NCBI GenBank assembly: GCA_945873125.1
Contig: CAMCBV010000007.1
Location: 5,342-69,341, forward strand
Reading direction: 5' to 3'
Length of the DNA stretch: 64,000 nt
DNA from: Prosthecobacter debontii
GTDB taxonomy: Bacteria > Verrucomicrobiota > Verrucomicrobiia > Verrucomicrobiales > Akkermansiaceae
This document shows, one piece after another, positions 28,640-36,396 of this stretch; the first letter of the stretch is position 1; every line of letters begins with the position of its first letter. The position numbers were made by a program, and so were the translations under genes. The notes beneath the pieces are model-generated. The model did no database searches and was not told the origin of the DNA. It saw only the letters and a program-made list of their open reading frames with translations.

Positions 28640-31132
28640 ATGAACACCATTGATACCGTATTCGAATGGCTACTCGCCGCAACTCTACGAGCATCCGTCC
28701 TCGTCGTCGCGGTACTTTTTATCCAAATGATTGTCCGCCGCTGGCTGTCTGCTGGTTGGCGTCATGCCTTGTGGTTGCCGATGTTGGCAGTCCTAGTTAT
28801 CCCTGTTTTGCCTGAAGCCTCGTTCGGCTTATTTCCTAAAGCAGCAGAACAACCGACCACAGCTTCTGAAGTATTTGTTAGCTCAAGTGGCTCTACTGAA
28901 ACTTCCATCAGCGCCATGCCTGCGCCTGAAGTCGAGGCAGAAATGAAAACTGCATCTCCAATCAACGTCGCCGCGCCCGTGAATTATTTCGCCATCGCAT
29001 GGCTTGTCGGAGCTTGTGGAGTGTTGGCTGCGGGTATCATTGGATACCGCCAGAACATGCTCCGGATACGGACAAACGCTATAACACCGGATCGTATGCT
29101 GCAAGCAAGTATCGACGAAGCAGCTCGTGAAGTGGGTCTCAAACGTACGCCACAGACTTTAATTTCCTCGTCGGTCGCAAGCCCCGCAGTGACCGGATTT
29201 ATTCGCCCCATTCTGCTTCTGCCTGCCGGTTTTCCTGAAGGTTTCAGTGCATCTGAAGTTCGTTTGATCTTGCTCCATGAGTTAACTCACTTGAAGCGAC
29301 TCGATCTACAACTGAACTGGTTAGTATGCGTGTTACAAGCCGCGCATTGGTTTAATCCGCTTCTTTGGTTCGCTTTTGCTAGAATGCGTGCAGATCGTGA
29401 AGCTGCTTGTGATGCAAGCGTGCTCTCGATCGATGCTAAAGATTACCGTGCAGAATATGGCAGTGCGTTGCTTAAGCTTGAGTGCGTGGCACCATCGCGA
29501 ATGCTGAGCCTTGGCTTCGTCGGAATTTTTGAGCGAGATTCTGAAATCAAATCCCGAATTAAAGAAATTTCTGCACACCGTCCGAATCGATTCTTATGGC
29601 AAGCTGTAGGTGGTTCTATCGTTACGTTACTCATGGTCTTTGGAATTACGAAAGGTCAAGAAGCCAAGCCTCAAGAAGTGGCAGCTGCGCCCGCTGAATT
29701 AAAAGTGGATGAAGCAACGGTTGAGATACAAAACAAACTCAATTCGATCATTATTCCGCGCATTGATTTTGAAGACAGAACCCTCCAAGAATCTATCGAT
29801 TATCTTCGTCTGCGCGCAGCAGCGTTAGATGAGAAAGAATTGGATCCGAAGAAGAAGGGCTTCAATTTTGTGATTCTCAATCCGAATGAGGGCGCTGCAG
29901 CTATCAAAATCGATGAGTTGAGACTGAGAAACGTGCCCTTAAGCACGGCACTCAAATTAATATGTGACAAAACCCACTACCGCTACACGGTGGAAAACTT
30001 TTCGGTAGTTCTCGCCCCGAATGATCAGCCAAGTAAACCCATGGAGGGGGTAATTCCACTTCCTGCAGCCAAGGTGGATGAAGCAACGGTTGAGATACAA
30101 AACAAACTCAATTCGATCATTATCCCGCGCATTGATTTTGAAGACAGAACCCTCCAAGAATCTATCGATTATCTTCGTATGCGCGCAGCAGAGTTCGATG
30201 AGGAAGAATTGGATCCTGCGAAAAAAGGTTTAAATTTTGTGATTCTAAATCCGAATGAGGGCGCTGCAGCTATCAAAATCGATGAGTTGAAACTAAGAAA
30301 CGTGCCCTTAAGCACGGTACTTAAATTAATGTGTGACAAAATCCACTACCGCTACTCGGTGGAAAACTTTTCGGTAGTTCTCGCTCCAGACATGGATCCT
30401 GAAAACGCCACCGCTAAAACTGAGTTGGCTTATTTGGATGATCCCATCCGCACAAACCCTGCGCTTACCCATGGTCATGTCAAGAAGGTCGATCAAGTTC
30501 GCCGCACTCTCTACATGGCACAAGGCTACTATGATCTCGGTAAATACGATCTCGCAAAAAAAGAGTATGAAGATGTTCTTCGCATTGATCCACACAACGA
30601 AGCTGCTCGTCGTGGGATGGAAAAAATTGCACAGTCGACTCGCGCTGAGTTGTTGATGCAAGTCGACCAAGCATGGGAGTTATCTATCCCTGCCGATGTC
30701 CCGACGTTCGATCCGGTAACAACCAGAGGCCCTGGCCAAACCGATGGCGTTGTTGCTATCAATGCAAAACTTCGCAACATCATCATTCCTACAATTGATT
30801 TCGAGGACAGAACGGTTGAAGAAGCGATTGATTATCTTCGCTTGCGTGCTGGTGAACTTGATGTGAGTGAGCTCGACCCCGCAAAAAAAGGCGTCAACTT
30901 GGTCATTCTTCGTCCCAAAAGTAGCCTAGGTGGCGGTTTGGTTCCTGCAGAAGGAGAATTGCCAGCGGGTGAGGATTTATTGGGTGGTGGCGGTGATTTA
31001 GGTGCAGCGCGTATTGACGAGCTTCGTTTGCGCAACGCTCCGCTGGGTGTTGCCCTCGCATACATCTGTGATAAAACTAACTATCGGTATGAGGTGAGAA
31101 ACCAAGTAGTAGTCCTTTCTCCTATAAATTAA
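28640..31132 (+). CDS. BlaR1/M56 family metallopeptidase sensor with a TPR and three secretin-N-like domains
   Basis: WLVGA TM, SPAVTGFIRPILLLP, HELTHLKRLD (HExxH), DREAACD. Three IIIPxIDFED.T..E.IDYLR domains and a TPR-like segment follow. Confidence 0.9.
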   Translation: MNTIDTVFEWLLAATLRASVLVVAVLFIQMIVRRWLSAGWRHALWLPMLAVLVIPVLPEASFGLFPKAAEQPTTASEVFVSSSGSTETSISAMPAPEVEAEMKTASPINVAAPVNYFAIAWLVGACGVLAAGIIGYRQNMLRIRTNAITPDRMLQASIDEAAREVGLKRTPQTLISSSVASPAVTGFIRPILLLPAGFPEGFSASEVRLILLHELTHLKRLDLQLNWLVCVLQAAHWFNPLLWFAFARMRADREAACDASVLSIDAKDYRAEYGSALLKLECVAPSRMLSLGFVGIFERDSEIKSRIKEISAHRPNRFLWQAVGGSIVTLLMVFGITKGQEAKPQEVAAAPAELKVDEATVEIQNKLNSIIIPRIDFEDRTLQESIDYLRLRAAALDEKELDPKKKGFNFVILNPNEGAAAIKIDELRLRNVPLSTALKLICDKTHYRYTVENFSVVLAPNDQPSKPMEGVIPLPAAKVDEATVEIQNKLNSIIIPRIDFEDRTLQESIDYLRMRAAEFDEEELDPAKKGLNFVILNPNEGAAAIKIDELKLRNVPLSTVLKLMCDKIHYRYSVENFSVVLAPDMDPENATAKTELAYLDDPIRTNPALTHGHVKKVDQVRRTLYMAQGYYDLGKYDLAKKEYEDVLRIDPHNEAARRGMEKIAQSTRAELLMQVDQAWELSIPADVPTFDPVTTRGPGQTDGVVAINAKLRNIIIPTIDFEDRTVEEAIDYLRLRAGELDVSELDPAKKGVNLVILRPKSSLGGGLVPAEGELPAGEDLLGGGGDLGAARIDELRLRNAPLGVALAYICDKTNYRYEVRNQVVVLSPIN
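29704..30387 (+). repeat. Intragenic direct repeat of about 315 bp, offset 369 bp
   Basis: 29704-30018 versus 30073-30387. A hand count gives about 22 mismatches, in frame. Confidence 0.93.
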
Positions 31133-31164
31133 GGTGGGGTGGCGATATATAGAGCTAATCTCAT

Positions 31165-31202
31165 GTTCATCAATCTCTTGCGTTGCCAAGGGATTGATGA
31201 AC
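31165..31202. repeat. 16-bp stem hairpin between the sensor gene and the transposase (terminator or HUH substrate)
   Basis: GTTCATCAATCTCTTG-CGTTGC-CAAGGGATTGATGAAC, with one G:T pair. Confidence 0.75.
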
Positions 31203-31221
31203 TTTCCGTTTCATCTTTTAA

Positions 31222-31308
31222 CCACAAGGGGACATGGCGCGCCCCCCGAAAACTGGAGAGGTTGAAAAGTTAGTCTGACTAAGGCCATTCGGGTCTGTCC
31301 CTCTGTGG
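31222..31308. repeat. Inverted repeat pair upstream of the transposase
   Basis: CCACAAGGGGACA (31222-31234) and TGTCCCTCTGTGG (31296-31308) are 11/13 complementary. Confidence 0.65.
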
Positions 31309-31350
31309 AAAAATACTGGACAAATGAACAGTATTAAGTAATCTGAGGGC

Positions 31351-32454
31351 ATGAGACGTGCGCGTTGGATAGCTCCTTGGAAGGATTCGTTGGAAAAGCC
31401 TTCGATTTACCATTGTATTTCAAGGGTTGTGGAGCGGCGGTATGCGTTTGGGGTGGAGGAGAAGGAAAAGTTCCGGATGTTCATGCGGATGTATGAGAAT
31501 TTCAGCGGATGTCGGGTTTTGTCCTATTGCATCATGAGCAATCACATCCATTTGCTGGTGGAGGTTCCGCCGAAGCCGGTGGAAGGATTTTCCGATGATG
31601 TGTTTCTCAAGCGTCTTTCTGCTCTATACAGCAAGGCGTTTGTGGCGGATGTGGCCGTGCAAATCCACGAAGCCCGGCACGAGGGCGGTGTGGAGGGAGG
31701 AAACCCAGAGCGAGTGGAGGAAATCAAAGCGAGATTCAGTTACCGGATGCATGATTTGGGACAGTTCATGAAAGGGTTGTTGCAACGATTTACCCAGTGG
31801 TTCAACGGTCAGCACAAGCGCAAGGGAAGGCTTTGGGAGGATAGATTCAAGAGCGTGATCGTAGAAAGCGGCACAGCAGCGCGAATGATCGCCGCCTACA
31901 TCGATCTCAATCCCGTTAGAGCAGGAATGGTCGAAGAACCGGCGGACTACCGCTGGAGCAGCTATGGCGAAGCGGTAGGAGGTCGCGTAAAAGACTGTGG
32001 TCTCACGCGATTGAAAGGAAATGGGAAGAAAGCCAGGGAAGGCTTGGTGCGAGCGATCATGTCCGACGATCCCAGCGTGGGATTTGATGCAATGATGTGG
32101 AAGGGGGCATCGAGAGATTATAGAAGATTGATGGATATGGCGTTGGAGCGGAAACCATCGAACGCGAATGCAGTTGTTAGATCGATACAGGTGGAAAAGA
32201 GCCTGGAGTGTAGAGGAGATAGAGGAGAGAAACGACTGGGAGAGTTGAGTATGGCAAAGATCCTGCGGAAAAAAGTGAGGTATTTCTCAGACGGAGCGGT
32301 GATAGGCAGTAAAGAGTTCGTGAACGAAGCGTTCACGGCTGCACGTGAGAGATTTTCAGAGAGGAGAAAAGACGGCGCACGCAAGATGCGGGGCATTGGC
32401 AAAGGAACTGGAGGGACGTTGTGGAGTGTTAGGGATTTGAGGGTGAGGGTGTGA
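31351..32454 (+). mobile_element. HUH (Y1) transposase, REP-associated tyrosine transposase (RAYT)-like
   Basis: IYHCISR, YCIMSNHIHLL (HUH), QRFTQWFNGQHKRKGRLWEDRFKS, YIDLNPVRAGMV..PADYRWSSY. No terminal inverted repeats or target duplication were seen. A REP pair lies downstream. Confidence 0.88.
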
Positions 32455-32486
32455 GAAGGGTGGGTTATTCGAAGCAAAACCGTTTG

Positions 32487-32563
32487 GGTAGGTTTCACTA
32501 CTTGGATGGTGATCTTGCCTTGGCGTTCTTGATATAGGTCGACTACGGCGAGGCGACCCTACC
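32487..32563. repeat. GTAG-type REP doublet (REPIN-like)
   Basis: GGTAGG at 32487 and CCTACC at 32563. The minus-strand unit is GTAG-GGTCG-CCTCGCCGTAGT-CGACC. The left unit is degenerate. Confidence 0.7.
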
Positions 32564-32611
32564 TTAAAACTTTGCATTTCATGTTTCTTGGAAACGGGGT
32601 AAGACCCTCAC

Positions 32612-33469
32612 ATGTCGCACGAGTTGATCAAGATGGCTTTGGAGGAGGATATTGGGGAGGGCGATGTCACGTCGGCTTATTTTATACCTGAGGAGAGAAT
32701 GGCACGGGCGTTTTTGACGGTCCGGCGTGAAGGGGTGGTTTCGGGGGCGGCGATTGCCAAACAGGTTTTTTCGGAGTTGGATCCGTCTTTGGTGGTTCAG
32801 GTCTTGGTGGAGGATGGGAGTCGGGTGAGTGAGGGGGCGGTTTTGATGATGATTGAGGGCAAAGCCAGATCGATTCTGACCGCGGAGCGCACGGCATTGA
32901 ATTTTCTGCAACGCCTTTCAGGCGTCGCGAGTATAACTGCCCGATATGTCGCTGCGGTAAAACACACACGTGCGAAGATTCTGGATACCCGTAAAACCAC
33001 GCCAGGTTACCGCACTTTGGAAAAAAAAGCGGTGTTGGACGGTGGCGGAACCAATCACCGCATGGGTTTGTATGACCGTGCCATGGTGAAAGACAATCAT
33101 CTCGTGTCAGATGGAGGTTTGGAATCTCTGCAAGCGGCGATTCGTTTGCTGAAATTCGAAAAGCCCCACGTCGAAGTCGAGCTTGAGGCGGATCGGTTGG
33201 ATCAGGTTGCGGACTTTCTAGCGCTTGAAGGTGTGGATTATATTTTGTTAGATAATATGCCTCTCGATGATTTGCGTAAGGCGGTCAAAATGCGTGAAAA
33301 AAATCCAAGGATTCGCTTGGAAGCAAGTGGTGGGGTGAACTTGGCGACGGTTAGGGAAATTGCAGAGACGGGAGTGGATTTCATTTCGGTGGGTGCGCTC
33401 ACCCATTCGGCTCCTGCTCTTGATATAGGACTGGATTTCATAACCATGGAAAAGTTGGAAAGCCTTTAA
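32612..33469 (+). CDS. nadC: Nicotinate-nucleotide pyrophosphorylase (carboxylating)
   Basis: ALEEDIGEGDVTS, ERTALNFLQRLSG, DTRKTTPG, NHRMGLYD, VKDNH, EVE, LLDNM, EASGGV. Confidence 0.97.
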   Translation: MSHELIKMALEEDIGEGDVTSAYFIPEERMARAFLTVRREGVVSGAAIAKQVFSELDPSLVVQVLVEDGSRVSEGAVLMMIEGKARSILTAERTALNFLQRLSGVASITARYVAAVKHTRAKILDTRKTTPGYRTLEKKAVLDGGGTNHRMGLYDRAMVKDNHLVSDGGLESLQAAIRLLKFEKPHVEVELEADRLDQVADFLALEGVDYILLDNMPLDDLRKAVKMREKNPRIRLEASGGVNLATVREIAETGVDFISVGALTHSAPALDIGLDFITMEKLESL

Positions 33470-33488
33470 CTGAAGCCAATAGAATCGA

Positions 33489-34250
33489 ATGAATTCCCAT
33501 CCTTCACGGAATGATTTTCAGGATATCGCCGCACAGTTGCCGGATCCGTATCGCTTGTTGTGGCGGGAGCAGGTCGGATCGACAAATGACGAACTGCGCA
33601 AACTTGCCGAGCAAGGCATGGCGGAAGGTTTGGTGTTTGTGGCGGAAGAACAAACAGCGGGCAGGGGAAGGCGTGGTGCGGTTTGGGTTTCACCAAAGGG
33701 AGAGAACCTTGCGTTTTCGATTTTGCTCAAACCCATCGCATCGAAAGCATTATGGCATCGGCTTTCACTGCTTGCAGGTCTAGCCGTGGCAGAGGCGTTG
33801 GAAAATTATGTGCCGCTCTCGGAAATCAAATGGCCGAACGATGTGCGGGTCGGCGGAAAAAAGATTGCCGGTATCCTTGTTGAGGCGGGTAAGGATTATG
33901 TAATTATTGGTGTAGGTATCAATATCAACTCAACCGATTTTCCTGAAGAGCTCGTAGCAACTTCTCTGCATGAGCAAACCGGACGTGTTTACCCAAGGGG
34001 GGAGGTTTTGCACGAGGTTGTGACCCGAATGAGTCGATATGCCAATGGTATCAATCATGGATATGCGGATTCTTTGAAATCGATTCGTGAGCGCTGCTCT
34101 CTGACGGGACATCTCGTTTCCTATCTTATCGCAGATCAACGCCACGAAGGAGTTGTTCGAGGAATCGGCTCCGGTGGTGAATTGATGGTGGAGATCGATG
34201 GAAAACTCGAAGCGCTGGTTCAGGCAGATGAGGTGAGGATTTTGGATTAG
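33489..34250 (+). CDS. birA: Biotin--[acetyl-CoA carboxylase] ligase (no HTH domain)
   Basis: GSTND, AEEQTAGRGRRGAVW, IKWPNDV, KKIAGIL, GVGININ. Confidence 0.95.
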   Translation: MNSHPSRNDFQDIAAQLPDPYRLLWREQVGSTNDELRKLAEQGMAEGLVFVAEEQTAGRGRRGAVWVSPKGENLAFSILLKPIASKALWHRLSLLAGLAVAEALENYVPLSEIKWPNDVRVGGKKIAGILVEAGKDYVIIGVGININSTDFPEELVATSLHEQTGRVYPRGEVLHEVVTRMSRYANGINHGYADSLKSIRERCSLTGHLVSYLIADQRHEGVVRGIGSGGELMVEIDGKLEALVQADEVRILD

Positions 34251-34264
34251 AAGTAAAAAATTCG

Positions 34265-34391
34265 AACCACGGATGGATGCGGATAAACGCGGATAATTAA
34301 GAATACGCCTCCAATTTAATTCACTGATAAAGTCAGGATTCATTGAATTTCTGCGATCAAAAATCCGCGTTTATTCCTGTCCATCCGTGTT
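34265..34391. repeat. Inverted element with decamer-periodic arms and an AT-rich core
   Basis: The left arm is AACCACGGATGGATGCGGATAAACGCGGAT. The right arm reverse complement is AACACGGATGGACAGGAATAAACGCGGAT and contains the DUF817 stop. Confidence 0.85.
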
Positions 34392-35255
34392 ACCTCTTTT
34401 CTTTCCCAATCTAAACTCTAATTGTCGCAGGGCGTAGATGAGAATGAAGGAGAGTTGCATGAGCAGATACCAAGCGGTGAATTTGGAGAAATGGACAGGT
34501 TTCCATCCGTGCTCCTGACCTGGGTATTGCCAGGCTCGAGCGAGGGTTCCGAGATTTTCAGCTAAGTAGATGAATGCTGCGACAAGACAGAATCCTAACA
34601 ACAAGGGCATGCTTAGATTCACGGATTTTGGTTTGAAATGAATCTTTGTTTTTGCGAATGCAAAAACGCCGATCACAATTAACAGCCAGCGGATATCGAC
34701 GAGGTAGTGATGGGTGAAAAAGTTCGCGTAAGCGAGAAATGCGATGGAACCCGCGATCCACAAGGGCGGAAAGTGAGTGAATTTGAAATCAAAGATTCGC
34801 CACGCTCGCGCCATGTAAGAGCCGATTGCGGAATACATGAATCCGGTGAACAATGGAACGTTGCCGATGCGCATGACTGAATCTTCCGGGTAGCTCCATG
34901 AACCAATGCTGTCCGAGGTTTTGAATAGCTCCATCGCGGTGGCCATGGCGTGAAACAATAAAATGACACCGACTTCGCGCCAGCTCTCAAGTTTGAAAAG
35001 CAAGAGGCATGCTTGAATGGATAGAGCGTAGATAAAAAGAAAATCATAACGCGAGATTCCAAGATCAGGAAACCACACTGCCGTTCCCAATATTCCGGCT
35101 AATAACAAGCCTCCGAAAATGCAGGCCCATGCCTGTTTGAAGCCAAAATAAATGAATTCACTTAAAGGACCTTTCCTTGTTAAAAACTCAGGAAGGTAGG
35201 GCGTGAGGTGCGGGGTTTTCATGATGATGCGCGACCACCGACTTTGTCGGGGCAT
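34371..35255 (-). CDS. DUF817 family membrane protein
   Basis: FGFKQAWACIFG, RYDFL, FHAMATAMELFKT, GSWSYP, VPLFTGFMYSAIGSYMARAWR, AENLGT...WQYP. The start codon is uncertain (35276, 35255 or 35222). Confidence 0.88.
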   Translation of the reverse strand: MPRQSRWSRIIMKTPHLTPYLPEFLTRKGPLSEFIYFGFKQAWACIFGGLLLAGILGTAVWFPDLGISRYDFLFIYALSIQACLLLFKLESWREVGVILLFHAMATAMELFKTSDSIGSWSYPEDSVMRIGNVPLFTGFMYSAIGSYMARAWRIFDFKFTHFPPLWIAGSIAFLAYANFFTHHYLVDIRWLLIVIGVFAFAKTKIHFKPKSVNLSMPLLLGFCLVAAFIYLAENLGTLARAWQYPGQEHGWKPVHFSKFTAWYLLMQLSFILIYALRQLEFRLGKKRGNTDGQE

Positions 35256-35282
35256 CGCTGGAGTCACGCGGTCCACCCTGGA

Positions 35283-35759
35283 TTACGGAGAAACCGAGAG
35301 GCGTTCAATTTCGGACTCTTGTTCGAAGAGGAAGCCATTTTCCTTGTAGGTTTTAAGGCGGAAGTGGGTGGCTGTCGATAAGACTCCATCCAATGAAGAG
35401 AGTTTCTCGGAAACAAAACGCGCCACCTCGCGGAGATCATGACCTTCGACCACGACCAGCAAATCATATCCACCCGATGCGAGGTAGCATGAAACCACCT
35501 GATCAAAGCGCGCGATTCTCATGGCTAAGCGATCGAAACCACCGCCGCGTTCCGGGGTTAGACGCACTTCGATGAAAGCCGATACCGAGGTGTCTCCCAT
35601 CACTTCTTGGTTGGTCACCGCATGATAGCCGAGAATCGTGCGATCTTTTTCCCATGCAGAAATTTTTGCGGAGACATCGGATTCGGAGAACCCCGTGAGA
35701 TCGGCGAGTTCTTTAATCGATGCACGGGCTTTGCGGCGAAGCGTATTGAGAAGTTTCAT
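35283..35759 (-). CDS. Lrp/AsnC family transcriptional regulator
   Basis: N-terminal HTH, then IEVRLTPERGGGFDRLA, CYLASGGYDL, STATHFRLKTYK. Confidence 0.92.
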   Translation of the reverse strand: MKLLNTLRRKARASIKELADLTGFSESDVSAKISAWEKDRTILGYHAVTNQEVMGDTSVSAFIEVRLTPERGGGFDRLAMRIARFDQVVSCYLASGGYDLLVVVEGHDLREVARFVSEKLSSLDGVLSTATHFRLKTYKENGFLFEQESEIERLSVSP

Positions 35760-35762
35760 TGG

Positions 35763-35790
35763 AATGGTGAAGAGTAAATGGTGAAGTGAG
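35763..35790. repeat. Heptamer tandem array between mscL and the Lrp gene
   Basis: aatggtg aagagta aatggtg aagtgag. Confidence 0.6.
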
Positions 35791-35795
35791 AAAAA

Positions 35796-36206
35796 TTATG
35801 ACTTTTTCGCCAGAATATCACGGATCTCGGTGAGCAGGACTTCTTCTTTGCTGGGTGCGGGTGCCGGCTCGTCAGCTTTTTTATGAAGCAGGGAAATGGC
35901 TTTTTTCACCACGATGAAAACCACAAAGGCCATCAGAAGAAATGAAATCAAATCCGTGATGAATTGTCCGTATTTCAGGGATACGGCTGGAATGACTTCG
36001 ATTCCGTCTTTTCCCAGAACCCTATCTTCCATCACATATTCCAACTTCCTGAAATCGACGTTCGCCAGGAGCAAGCCCAGCGGTGGCATGAAGACATTGT
36101 CCACGAGGGATTTCACAACCGTGGCAAATGCCCCGCCGATCATGATGCCAACCGCCATATCGATGAGGTTGCCTTTGAATGCGAACTCTTTGAATTCCTT
36201 GAACAT
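35796..36206 (-). CDS. mscL: Large-conductance mechanosensitive channel
   Basis: FKEFAFKGNLIDMAVGIMIGGAF, YGQFI, EVLLTEIRDIL. Confidence 0.97.
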   Translation of the reverse strand: MFKEFKEFAFKGNLIDMAVGIMIGGAFATVVKSLVDNVFMPPLGLLLANVDFRKLEYVMEDRVLGKDGIEVIPAVSLKYGQFITDLISFLLMAFVVFIVVKKAISLLHKKADEPAPAPSKEEVLLTEIRDILAKKS

Positions 36207-36284
36207 GATGGGAAATTAGCTGGGTTAAGCAAGGAATGGGAAGAAAAATGCTCGTGGACGCAAGGTTTGATCATTTGGTTTGAT

Positions 36285-36396
36285 TCACCGCGGAGACACA
36301 GAGGTCGCCGAGGGACGCAGAGTTTTAATTTGAGGGTGAAATGATCTACCGAGCCGGCAGCGTAAAATTGAAGCTTAGAGTTTTAATTTTAAAGTT
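36285..36396. repeat. Single decamer-type arm plus heptamer array downstream of the SNF2 gene
   Basis: caccgcggagacacagaggtcgccgagggacgcagag, then ttgaagc ttagagt tttaatt ttaaagt (36368-36395). Confidence 0.5.

Noticed and set aside
31351-32454. Classical IS with terminal inverted repeats, or an IS605 element with tnpB
   Set aside because: No terminal inverted repeats, target duplication or tnpB. The HUH motifs and REP-like flanks fit a RAYT better.
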